A stretch of DNA of 63,798 nt, counting the filler, from Octopus bimaculoides (Eukaryota): assembly GCF_001194135.2 (NCBI RefSeq). It is 5 parts of 4 records of this genome, joined end to end, with 100 filler letters (N's around TTAATTAATTAA, not from the genome) between each part and the next. Parts side by side here need not be neighbours in the genome. Positions count along the whole stretch, not along the records: positions 50,653 to 59,523 come from NC_068999.1; positions 59,624 to 63,798 come from NC_068988.1; 3 more parts are not named here. The stretch is one strand, 5' to 3'. Shown one piece after another: positions 52,415 to 63,798 of this stretch. Position numbers and translations under genes: made by a program. The first letter of the stretch is position 1. Each line of letters starts with the position of its first letter. The notes under the pieces were generated by a model, which worked only from the letters and a program-made list of their open reading frames with translations, was not told where the DNA came from and searched no databases.

Positions 52415-53955
52415 ACCGTCCCTTGTATGTCAAATGGTGAATTGATTGTGCTTGTATTATTCTTTCTCAGGGTCGTGTTGATAATTAAACTATGAATATA
52501 TTTCATTGTAAGAAAGTAAATCAATAAAACTGTCTTGGCTTCACTGAAATTGAAGCAATAGAAACAGCTAAAACTAGTCTGCACAATCCGGAGATTATTT
52601 CATTAGTTAAATTAGTAAAGTTTCATTTAACTAATACTGTTAATACTTTTAAGAAATATATTAACGTATTTATGCGAATTATTTCAATAGTTGGATGAAT
52701 CTCTTTACAAATAGGCTGACTCTCAGAAAATTTAAAATGCTTTTGTGTTTCTTTCCCACAAATGACTTATTTAGATAAATTTTTTAAATCATTGAGCTAG
52801 AAATAGCAGCTATACTATATTATATGTGAGTAAACGGGGCATGGTGTCACAACTGGGGGGGGGTTAACTAACAACAACAACAAAGCAACAACAAAAAAAA
52901 ACAATAATAGATAAATGTTTATTTTCCACCAGAAAAATAAGGAGCTACTTAACAGTTACGCATTTTGATAGAAATTTTAGCCAAGTTCCTCTCAAATTGT
53001 GCCATACTGTTTTATAGAGAAGTAAAAGAAAGCCCGTATAATATATTCTCGGGCATTCTACGTTTGAATAAAAAGCGGTATGACTACGGCTTATATGTGC
53101 ATACAATTAACCGTAGACTACGCCCCCACGCACACATTTATATATAAAAGAAAATCAACATCTATATGCGTTATTCATTCATTTATTTAAATTATTTATT
53201 TATTTATCTATTTAATTATTTGACTCGAAATTGTGAACCTGGGGAAAGCGATCAAACTGTTGCAAGAATAGACGATTATAATGAAAGAAGTAATCTAACT
53301 TTAAGAATTAATGATTCACCGGCAAAACGCGTAAAACTACGTATATTGTGTTATAGGCAACAACTAGCTTCCTCCATTTTTTTTATGGTCGGTCAGAAAT
53401 TGCAAATATGTTGAATAAATGAAACCCAGTGACTCAAACTGTAATGGAACCTGTATCATTTGCACGGCTTGCTATGAACTTTCCCTCTATTGAGGTAAAG
53501 TCCGAAGTTCACTGCTTAACTAGCATGGAATAACTGTCAAACTTCCGCAAATCTTAGGCTCATGTCTTAAATAACAAAACTCCATACTAGATATTGCTCT
53601 GTCTAACATACAAATTCGCGACTGCTCCTTTTGAAATTAGTATACGTTTGAACATAAGATTGTGCAATCAAGTCTGTCCCTCTCTTTGACAAAAAAACAG
53701 CAACAACAAAAACAACGATGATAACAATGACAATGATGAATAGAAGTCAAGTGTATCATTCTAGAACCTTGCGTTAATTGTACCTTCTTTCAGCTAGTTA
53801 CTTTCTTAAAAGATCTGGGTTTGAAAGAATGAGCAAATGAGTAGGAATATATATAAATATTATATATAGATATATAAACGAATATGCCTACATGCATACA
53901 TATATGCATACATGTACATATATGTATGTATTTGTATATGTGTATGTGCATGTGC

Positions 53956-53964
<9 letters not shown>

Positions 53965-54029
<65 letters not shown>

Positions 54030-54730
54030 NNNNNNNNNNNNNNNNNNNNNNNNNNNNNNNNNNNNNNNNNNNNNNNNNNNNNNNNNNNNNNNNNNNNNNN
54101 NNNNNNNNNNNNNNNNNNNNNNNNNNNNNNNNNNNNNNNNNNNNNNNNNNNNNNNNNNNNNNNNNNNNNNNNNNNNNNNNNNNNNNNNNNNNNNNNNNNN
54201 NNNNNNNNNNNNNNNNNNNNNNNNNNNNNNNNNNNNNNNNNNNNNNNNNNNNNNNNNNNNNNNNNNNNNNNNNNNNNNNNNNNNNNNNNNNNNNNNNNNN
54301 NNNNNNNNNNNNNNNNNNNNNNNNNNNNNNNNNNNNNNNNNNNNNNNNNNNNNNNNNNNNNNNNNNNNNNNNNNNNNNNNNNNNNNNNNNNNNNNNNNNN
54401 NNNNNNNNNNNNNNNNNNNNNNNNNNNNNNNNNNNNNNNNNNNNNNNNNNNNNNNNNNNNNNNNNNNNNNNNNNNNNNNNNNNNNNNNNNNNNNNNNNNN
54501 NNNNNNNNNNNNNNNNNNNNNNNNNNNNNNNNNNNNNNNNNNNNNNNNNNNNNNNNNNNNNNNNNNNNNNNNNNNNNNNNNNNNNNNNNNNNNNNNNNNN
54601 NNNNNNNNNNNNNNNNNNNNNNNNNNNNNNNNNNNNNNNNNNNNNNNNNNNNNNNNNNNNNNNNNNNNNNNNNNNNNNNNNNNNNNNNNNNNNNNNNNNN
54701 NNNNNNNNNNNNNNNNNNNNNNNNNNNNNN

Positions 54731-54772
<42 letters not shown>
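53965..54772. repeat. (GT)n, assembly gap, (AC)n
   Basis: Directly visible; the interior is N. Confidence 0.85.
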
Positions 54773-54776
<4 letters not shown>

Positions 54777-55330
54777 TCATAGACATGGCAACTTTTCGCT
54801 TAATGCATTTTATGATATACTAAGTGTAAGGTCAATTTTAGGTTACATGATATCTCTAGAGTTATCGATTTTATTGTCAGCAAAATACATCACAAAAGAA
54901 ATATATAAAAAAGATGATCACGTGGTAACGTTCACAGCGCTGGAATTAATTAGCAAACACCTGAAGGTCGAGCACAAATTAGCAACAAAGAATAACTTAA
55001 ATAACAAACTCGGCCAAACCAAATATAAGAAAAAATATAAAAGAAAAAATGACCACACTCCTTCACAACCACAAGCACGCACATACGTAACTTAATGTAC
55101 ACATACATATACACAGAAATATACGCGTAAAATACACATTCTGGCGTTGGAGAGAAAAAGAGGGATAACGAGAGGATGAGAGAATGGGACAAATGATACG
55201 CCCTAATTGGTATGCCTATGGCGGATTGTTTATACACATGAATGAATATTTAGAAATTTAGAACAATCGAGCTGAATATAAAAGATGATGAAATGTATAC
55301 ATACATATATATGTGTATGTGTATGTGTGT

Positions 55331-55380
<50 letters not shown>

Positions 55381-55499
55381 NNNNNNNNNNATTAATGCTT
55401 ATACATATACCTATACACATTCATGCATATATTATACATACATATTCATACATACATACATACGTACATACATACATACATGCATGCATACATACTGAG

Positions 55500-55531
55500 A
55501 TAGATAAGTAGATAGATGGATATATATAGAC

Positions 55532-55582
<51 letters not shown>
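55500..55582. repeat. (TAGA)n microsatellite
   Basis: Directly visible. Confidence 0.95.
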
Positions 55583-55583
<1 letters not shown>

Positions 55584-57904
55584 GCGTATTTTACGTGTGT
55601 ATATGTTTTTGTGTATGTGAGTGTATGCGTGCTCGCCCATGCGTATTTGTGTGTATGGATGTATATTTCTATTCGTTTGAATTGGTATTTTTATCCCTAC
55701 AACAGAATTATAAAGGTATTTATTTTAAAAATACGTGTTAATCGACACATAATGTAATGTGTTTCGTTTAGATTAATGTCCAGTTTAGCATTGTATCTCA
55801 ACTCTATTCGAAATTTTTGGCGAGAAATTTATTCATGTAACCGAACATATCCGAAATTTCTTCTAATCTTGAACGTAAAAATTATATTCGATGTTTTAAG
55901 AACGAATTTAGAAGAAATAGGATCGCTGATAAGCTTCAGATGCGTAAATTTGACAAGAAAAACCAGAAAGTGACAGAAGAAATTTTGTTCGAATATTGCA
56001 CATTTGAGAAGTTATTCATAAATTCATGAATTAAATAGAATAAACGCAAATGGCACGTGCTTGGATTATTGAAACCTCGATTATAACAGGGGGAATATAC
56101 AGAAATGATAGACTGGGAATAATGAATACAGAATAGAATAGGAAAATATATAGAGTAAAAGCAATACCATCATAAAGAAAGTAGTACATTTTAGCTGGGC
56201 AAGGGCGATAAATAGGAAAATAAAAGTGTTATGTCTGCGGGTTTGAATATCTCATGGCCAGTAAAGTTATGACGATGTTTGGATGTACAGATTTGGTGTA
56301 GGGATAGTATTACCCAAATAAATATTTGGTAAGAGTTATCTAGAATAAACTTTCACAGAATTAATATGTTCACACTGAATGTGTTCCGTACTACGCCAAA
56401 AGTAGAAACGATATCAAACTAACACAGTAATCCAATACGAACTATTGACGCCGTCAGCTTCTCGTTGTCAACCGTTGGCTGTCAACTACCAATAGTTCAC
56501 ACAGTATCTTCATTTTATTGAAATGCTTCAGTCCAGTTTTGGTCACACAGGGATGGTCAAGATCCTTCCAGAGAAAGACAATGAATAAAATAAACATGGG
56601 AGACGAGTATGTGAATTAGATACCAGCAATAAAGAATATTGATACATTAAAGAATGAAAACGTACCGTGCAAAATCACAAGATTAAGTGAAATATATACC
56701 AGAGAACTTCTAACACGGTTGATATTTTTTAAATATAAATTTATATGGTTCTGTGTATATATTTGTGTCTATGTGCACAAAATACACACGCACACATAGA
56801 CACACACAAACATACATGTGACAAGGAAAGTAGTCATAGAGAACAAATAATAATAAAGCATGGCCAGTGTTATGCATATTAATAAGAAAGACAAAAATTG
56901 AATATATTTTACACTACAAGTGATAAATTATTGATTCATTGAAACGACTTTCGTTCCCAGTGAAGGTAGAATAATTGCTTGTTGGCTATTGCGTCGAATT
57001 CCTAATAAGTAGTGGAGAAAATTTCAAGATTCAAGTTTCGCCATTACTGATATGCCACTAAGGAATAAAACATATTGATTATCCAGAAACAAGAAAAACA
57101 AAAAACAAAAAAAAACAAAAAAAAACAAAGGTGAATACCATTGCTTCTGCATCAAAAGCTGTCGTCAGCACAGCGTTGATACATACATACATACATACTA
57201 CATACATACATATATACATCTGTCCATCCATCCATACACGCATCTATCCATACATAGACATACATGCATGCATACATACGTACATACATACAGTATCTTG
57301 TTTGGTGATTATTTTGTAGTTTATATATCTGTGTGTGTGTGTGTGTGTATGAATTTGTGTGTATGAGTGCGTGTGTGTGTGTGTCACATTAATTGTGACA
57401 TAGATTGTGACAAGGTGTGCCCATTTAATTAGATGTAAATGTAACACACTCTCAGTAACACACCTATAGTTTGCATGCGAAGATGCAATCCCGTATACTG
57501 TTGCATTTTCTCTTGACATTCCAAATGATATTTTCCCGCTCTCTTTAATGTCACATTGACCACCGCTACACGAGTATCTCATGATCTTTTCCCTAATTAT
57601 ATCAGCATATATTAATTCAATAAATTGGATTATTTATTCGTGATGTTACTCATTTTCACAAACCCATTAAAGTGAAAGTCCTTTCTTTTGTTTTATTTCA
57701 ATAAATTCACACATTCCTCGTCACGAAGCGGCTTCAGTAAACACACAGACACACACACAGACATACATTTAAAGTGGCAAACAGATACACAATATACACA
57801 CATATATCAACGCGTACAATCGAAAGCAAAGAGAGATAATTTCATAAATACAAAAGCTGATGTAAACAAATATCATGAGTGCATGATTAAGAAGCTTATT
57901 TTCA

Positions 57905-58010
57905 AACATGTGGCTTTAGGTTCAGTTACACTACAGCAACACCTTGGGCAAGTGTCTGCTTTGTCAGCGAATGTTGTGGACGGAAACTGTGTGGAAACCC
58001 GTTGTGTATA
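57905..58010 (+). mobile_element. Internally deleted copy of the second SINE family
   Basis: B-box-like ggttcagttac, then caccttgggcaagtgtct...gacggaaactg..aaacccgttgtgtat. Confidence 0.5.
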
Positions 58011-58071
58011 TCTATACGTCTCTATCTCTCATTTATCTATCTATAATTTCGTCCTCTCTGATCCTTTAAAT

Positions 58072-58560
58072 CAGTGGCTCTCAACCAGGATCCACATGGC
58101 CTTTGCAGGTCCATGTCAGATTTCATTGTTAAAATCTAATTGCAATAAATTGTTATACTTCTTATTTCTTTATTGCCCACAAGGGGCTAAACATAGAGGA
58201 GACAAACAAGGACAGACAAAGGGATTAAGTCGATTACATCGATCCCAGTGCGTAACTGGTTCTTAATTTATCAACCCCGAAAAGATGAAAGGCAAAGTCG
58301 ACCACGGCGGAATTTGAACTCAGAACGTGGCGGCAGACGAAATACCGCTAAGCATTTCACCCGGCGTGCTAACGTTTCTGCCAGCTCGCTGCCTTCTTGT
58401 TATATTTGTTATATTGTTATATTTCTACAGTACATAAAATATTTTAACAGTTTTTTAGTGCAGTTTCTAATAATATTTAGTTTTAAAAATATAATCGGAT
58501 CTTTTAAACATTGAGCACATATGTGGGGCCATAAAGGGGTCCACATGTACAAAATTGAAA
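58072..58560 (+). mobile_element. hAT-like MITE remnant interrupted by a SINE
   Basis: cagtggctctcaaccaggatccacatgg matches 51489. A ggggtccac motif resumes after the SINE (~58537). Confidence 0.5.
58159..58393 (-). mobile_element. tRNA-derived SINE, tail type A, full length
   Basis: Reverse complement runs from ggcagcgagctggcagaaacgttagcacg to caataaagaaataagaa. Confidence 0.92.
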
Positions 58561-59490
58561 CGGGTAACAAGAGTTTAGCATTTACATCACAAAGAAATCT
58601 ATACCTAATGAGGATTTTAGCATGGAGAAATACTTAAAGTGGGTTACATTGTGAAAGGTGTAGCGTCTTCAAGTTTGATGTCAGAAACTTGTCGTGATGC
58701 ATACATCTCATCTTAACTCTCAGCATTGCTTTTGTAGTCTGAATATAATGGTTTTCATATGCATCGCTTAGAAATTCTAATCAGAATAAAGTATGTTAAC
58801 AGACCTCACTGATATTATCAAATTTCTGACTAGCACCCCGCTACATAACTGCGTTTAATTTTTCATCAGTTTAAATGTTCCAGTTTTCTCCCTTTAACAT
58901 TTTGCAAAAATATCCTAATTCTCGCAACGAATCTCTCTTTCTCTCTCATTTCCGGTATAATATCAATCGATTAAAATTCTTATAGTTCACTACTTTCAGT
59001 ATATTAACCCGCGTTTATCTATATATTCACGATGCAGAAGGAAATTTTGCGAAATTATACTATTTATTTAGTCATTAGTACAACAATTTCTGCCATTAGA
59101 GTTGTTGAAGATGGTGCGCTTGCGGTTGTTGGTGTTGCCATAGCAGCTGCTGTTAGCCTCTCTGCAACATTCCCGTGTACAAGCCCGCAGCATTTACGAG
59201 TTATTAGCTAACAATTCCAGCACCTGCGTTTCAACATCTTCATCTTCTTTCAACTTCGGCTTTTCTTTATGGTACATTTCATTCCTCTCTATCGCATTTT
59301 CTTCTATCCTCTCCCCCTCTCTCTCTTTTCTTCTTCTCTCTCTCCCTCTAGCTCACACACGCAGACTCATTCACTTTCTCCAAATCTCTGCTATTGTGCG
59401 TGTCGCATTCTGTGTTTGTGTATATATTTATGTATGTGCGCGCATGTATATGCATGTGTGTATGTATACACACATACAAACGCACACACG

Positions 59491-59523
<33 letters not shown>

Positions 59524-59625
59524 NNNNNNNNNNNNNNNNNNNNNNNNNNNNNNNNNNNNNNNNNNNNTTAATTAATTAANNNNNNNNNNNNNNNNNNNNN
59601 NNNNNNNNNNNNNNNNNNNNNNNAT

Positions 59626-60165
59626 TTGAATTATTCTTCTTCAGACTCGGTGTCGTCTGAGGAAGAAAGGGTAAAGCGTTTGAAGAAAATCGACGAAGTA
59701 ATGGAGACAAAGAATTATGCAGAGGCGACGAAAGAAAGCAGCGACGACGTGAGACTGGAGAAATTGAGTAAATTCAAGGGAATGATTAAAAGGGAGGGGA
59801 TCGAAGTGAAGGTATGCTCCGCCCCAAAGAAGTTTTAATAGAAAAAATGAGAAAACAATAATTTACAGAACATACTCGATTCCAACCAGGAAGATTGAAG
59901 TCGTGTCGACGGCTCAAATAGAAAAGGCATTTAAACCAATCTGACAGTGGGTTTCCTACCTTGAAAGAAGAAGAAAATTTGGGACAGTGGAGGTGCAGTT
60001 TCGGGAGGTAGTTACTGCCAGGCTGCACTCAGCAATACCATTAAAAACCGAAGAAGTGGTACTTCTACCCGTATACCTTGGAAGACGTGCTTCCAGGGTT
60101 AGGGTAGAAGATATATCCACAGAAGTGGATGTAGCCTGGCTGGTAGCTGCCACACTGGTAAACTT
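59626..60165 (+). mobile_element. Probable LINE (L1/Tx1-like) ORF1 fragment
   Basis: Broken frames EEERVKRLKKIDEVME..NYAEA and EVQFREVVTARLHSAIPLKTEEVVLLPVYLGRRASRVRV sit next to, and on the same strand as, the Tx1-like RT. Assignment is inferred. Confidence 0.5.
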
Positions 60166-60379
60166 GCATTATATTTAATTCATCCTTTCCATTCGTTCTC
60201 TTTTTTCTCCCCACCTTGTGCTGTCCCCTCTGTGTTCGGCTTTCATAGACAATTTCATAAAATAAAGAAGCCTGCTTTCGGTTTGAAGACTTACGTCGTG
60301 TGTTTTTGCACTCTGTGAATTATGGCTTTTCTTGTTGCAACTCTGTTACTTATTCTAAACTGTTGTTGAAAATTATTCT

Positions 60380-61870
60380 ATGCCAGACTTTTTCAGGCAC
60401 CAGCTGGCCGGCGTCTACGCCAACTGGCAGCAGAATACGAGAATTCCCAGTTTCTGCGAACCGGGGGTGGTGACGTTGATCAGAAAGTACACGAGCAAGG
60501 GGGATATCATAAGTAATTTTCTGCCCATAACTCTGCTAAACACAGAGGTCAAGATTTTGGCCAAGGTGTTGGCAAAAAGGTTGGCGCGTGTCGTGGACAG
60601 AGCTGTCGGTGAGGCGCAAACTTGCGCTTTCCCGGTCAGGTCAATTCACGTCAATCTCCATCTTATACGCTACTCCTTAGAGAGTGCTGGAAACATTTCT
60701 GGCAAAGATGGGGCACTGGTACATTTAGACCAATCTAAAGCATTTGATAGGGTCGACTATCAGTACCTGGTAGCGGTCTTTGAGCAAGTCGGGTTGTATT
60801 GCACTGCGACATCGAGTCTATCATCCGAGTGAACAGTTTTTTTTCAAAGCCGTTCAAGAATGAACGCTGCGTACGCCAGGGATGTCCCCTGTCACCGCTT
60901 CTGTATGTATTGGCTCTTGAGCCATTGCTGCGGAAGTTGGAGGCATTAAGGGGCGTGCCGCATGATCTGTGGTGTGGAAGAGGAGCTACTGCGTGTTCGG
61001 ATGACATCTCCATCATCGTGTTCGAAGAAGGGCAGCTTCCTTACGTGGAAAACCCCATCAAAGGATACGAGGCGGTGGCAGGAGCAAAGGTTAACCAGGA
61101 GAACTCGGTCGGCTTTCAACTCGGCACCTGTAGGGGCAAGTCGATGTAGTCCAATAACATCGTGGGGCGTTGGACCGAAGGTCCCGTAAAGTTGCTAGGA
61201 GTCTGGTTCTGTGCAGACCACCAGATAGAGAAGAATTGGAGTGAAGTCACGTGCAAGGTGACTGCCCTAACCCAGACTTTGCTCGAGAGGGCGGAGGTGT
61301 TGTAGATGTTCATAACATCTGTCGTCACCTACCGCTTGATCGTTGTGCCTTGCACCTATTCGTGGCTGAACAAGTTGGAAAGAATCCTTTCCCGCTTGTA
61401 TTGGAAGTGGGGAAAGTCACTTGTGAAGCGCTCTGTTTGCTGCCAAAAACTGCTAATGGGTGGCTAGTTGTGCCTTGGCTGTAGATGCGGAAATTCGCGT
61501 TAAGGTTGAGGTACCTTTGGCTTAACCTGAATGTGGAACAGGTGTGTTAACCATACGTAAGTTTCTACCTTCCACAGTTGACGCCCTTAATGGATATTGG
61601 CGTATGGATCAAACGAAGACCTAATCTGGGGGGATTAGTAGTTAGAGTGCCTGCGGCACCCCAACTGCTCTCTCCGGCGGATAATACCGGCAACAGTAGT
61701 TCCACTGCGGATTTCTATAGCGAGTTAGTGGAGTTTATATCAGACGCTGTTCTAGGGGAGACCCTGGGCTTCGAAGGAAATCAGTTGATCAACCTGTTCA
61801 GGAGAACTTTCGGGCCGGGGTATATGGATAATCACCAAAATTCCAGTCTTATGGAACCTGTTAAGAGGAT
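60380..61870 (+). mobile_element. L1/Tx1-clade LINE reverse transcriptase fragment, decayed
   Basis: GVVTLIRK, NFLPITLLNTEVKILAKVLAKRL, AQTCAFPVRSI, LDQSKAFDRVD and VRQGCPLSPLLYVLALEPLL; the catalytic motif is degraded to CSDD; frameshifts present. Confidence 0.93.
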
Positions 61871-61949
61871 TTTGCTCCTGAAAAATGGAGGTCATGGAGC
61901 TCTAAAATGTAAAGTGAAAATGTGACATTACAATAGAGAGATTTTATTG

Positions 61950-63085
61950 TTTCACTTTTGACTCGTAATACTAAAATAGTATGAAGTGTAGTCCCATTGC
62001 TTTTCGGTATTGTGGATCGTCCCGTGTACATTTGTAAAAGGGAAATATTTTGAACTTTCCGTCTCCGCATATTTCCAGATGTTTACTCAATGGAATCATT
62101 CTTAGTTCTTTTTGCCGGATATATTGCCTGTGAATTCTTGCACGTTGGCAGAGGGAGTTATTCGTTTCGCCAATGTAATTTTCTTTACAGTTTGGACAGG
62201 TGATGCAGTATATGAGATTTTGTGTTTTGCAGTTCATATCTGCATTTATTTTAAAAATAGATCCGTTCTTGAATTTTATGTGGGAACCACTTTCTATGTA
62301 TTTGTAGTTGTTGGTATTGTTACACGTTCCACATCTCCTATCACCACATTCTTTTACTATGAATTCTGGTTTAGTCTCTGATCTGAATTCTGTCCTTGTA
62401 AGGTGTTTTTTAAAGTTTTTTGGTTGGCGTCTGCTATTCCGTAAGGTATTTTTTCAATCAGAGTTTTTATCTTGGGGCTTTGAAGGAGTATAGGCAAGTT
62501 CGATTTTATGACGTGGAATATGTTAGTTGTTCCAGGACTGTATGTGTTAATGAACGGAATCGTGTTTTCATTAACCTTTTCCTTTGGTGTCCGTAGTTGG
62601 GTGATATTCACTTCCATCGCCTTTTAAATTCCTTCATTAATTAGGCCTAAAGGGTATTTTTGTATAGTAAGGAAGCCTTTCAGTTCGTTGAGTCTGGTTT
62701 CACGTGTTTTAGGGTCAATTACTATAGCACAGATGCGTCTAGCCATGCTGTATGGGATGTTTCTTTAGATGCGTGATGGATGGCAAGAGTAGAAATTNNN
62801 NNNNNNNGGTTTTTTTTTTTTTTTTTGTAAGATATGTCTGTTGTGACTGCGCAGTTTTGTATTTTTATGTGAATATCCAGGAATGGTAGTTCATTGCAAC
62901 TGGGTTCCGTTGTGAATTTGATGGAAGGGTGAAGTGTGTTTAGTATATTGTTAAATACATTTAGATCTTCAGTCGATTTTTCCCCCAAAATGAAGTAATC
63001 AAGGAAGCGTTTCCATTTTTTTATGATATATTTCTTGTATTCCTGATTAAAAGTTTTTTCTACTTCCTCATAGGGAAAAAATGTA
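61950..63085 (-). mobile_element. Penelope-like element (RT C-terminus, Cys linker, GIY-YIG), decayed
   Basis: WKRFLDYFI, LHPSIKFTTE..LPFLDI, YSCHPS..RNIPYSMARRIC, CGDRRCGTC and NLIYCITCPNCKENYIGET..L.QR...HR. Confidence 0.92.
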
Positions 63086-63229
63086 AGTAGTAAACAAGTC
63101 TTTACCTTTATTTATTTATTTATTATTTTTTTTTTTTTGACAATCCTTAAAAAGACCATTTCAATACAATGAAAGTGGTGGATAGGAAAATGAATAGCCC
63201 TTTTCTCTCTTTTTTACCCTACCCATCTT

Positions 63230-63312
63230 TCTATCTGTCTGACTATCAATCTGTCTGTCTATCTAACTATCTTTCTATCTATCTGTCTGTCTATCTATCT
63301 ATCTATCTATCT
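63230..63312. repeat. (TCTA/TCTG)n microsatellite
   Basis: Directly visible. Confidence 0.9.
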
Positions 63313-63713
63313 CTTCTCACGGACGTGCTGTCACATCGGCTGCGAAGGTAAACGTTTATTTGATCTTTTATTGTCCACATTTTGTTGGAATTTTTTAATA
63401 ATTTTGTTGCGAAGCACCTAGGCTTCATTTGTGTGTATTTTCAAGGGCAGGAATTGGCCCCCAGGGGCAGTTTCGGCCCTAGCAAAATACAAAAATTTCC
63501 TTCTTGACATTTGAAAAATGTCGAGAAACATAATTTTGGAACGCTTGTCTTGTTCTTTTGACGAGCATTTCCCGAGGCTTCAGATGCTAGAAGCAAAAAA
63601 AAGAACAGAGTAGCGCGAGCTCACTCAGTGATAGGAACGCAACTGCTGTAATCGTCACAAACACGGCGATTACAGCTACAAACAGCCCTCTCACCACCAC
63701 CACCACCACCACC

Positions 63714-63797
63714 ATGAAAACTATGAGGAAATCTGGATCGGAGGAGACTGCTACTACAGTCTCTCCATCTACTAGCACCAGTGACAACATGAAAATT
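63714..63797 (+). CDS. Candidate start of an unidentified protein-coding gene (partial; MKTMRKSGSEETATTVSPSTSTSDNMKI...)
   Basis: ACCACCATGA start context. The frame is open from 63562 to the window end and is S/T-rich, in GC-elevated sequence. A plausible 98-nt GT-AG intron lies upstream (63348-63445). No family recognised. Confidence 0.3.
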   Translation, partial: MKTMRKSGSEETATTVSPSTSTSDNMKI

Positions 63798-63798
63798 A

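Noticed and set aside
57244-57582. Minus-strand ORF with GGQC...VYGIAS resembling a serine-protease C-terminus
   Set aside because: No GDSGG motif or supporting exons, and the ORF ends in CA-repeat translation.
57688-58266. 192-aa ORF
   Set aside because: A chance read-through of a CA repeat, a SINE fragment, a MITE and an antisense SINE.
63587-63790. Hydrophobic 67-aa minus-strand ORF
   Set aside because: It is the antisense shadow of the S/T-rich plus-strand frame and the (ACC)n run.

Overview
AT-rich, microsatellite-dense animal genomic DNA from a gapped draft assembly, with many N runs and four 44N-TTAATTAATTAA-44N scaffolding spacers. The repeat families look, from recall, like those of an Octopus genome; this is inference, not a search result. 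No intact protein-coding gene is visible, and nearly all listed ORFs are microsatellite or gap artefacts. The window is mostly decayed mobile elements: two R4/Dong-type LINEs with a restriction-like endonuclease, two RTE fragments, CR1, L1/Tx1, three Penelope-like (GIY-YIG) relics, at least seven copies of one tRNA-derived SINE with two alternative tails, and mariner- and hAT-like MITEs. The most interesting object is at 17276-17778. It is a tRNA-headed (Pol III box A/B) short element whose tail carries an intact minimal type I hammerhead ribozyme of the Penelope kind. A near-identical inverted copy of the tail sits head-to-head with it, and a candidate 15-bp target-site duplication flanks the pair. 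This suggests a Penelope-mobilised, ribozyme-bearing SINE. Other leads are a second hammerhead-like motif (27886-27920), a perfect 36-bp hairpin (41697-41773), a probable decayed class A GPCR (about 28890-29860, minus strand) and a possible gene start at the right edge.
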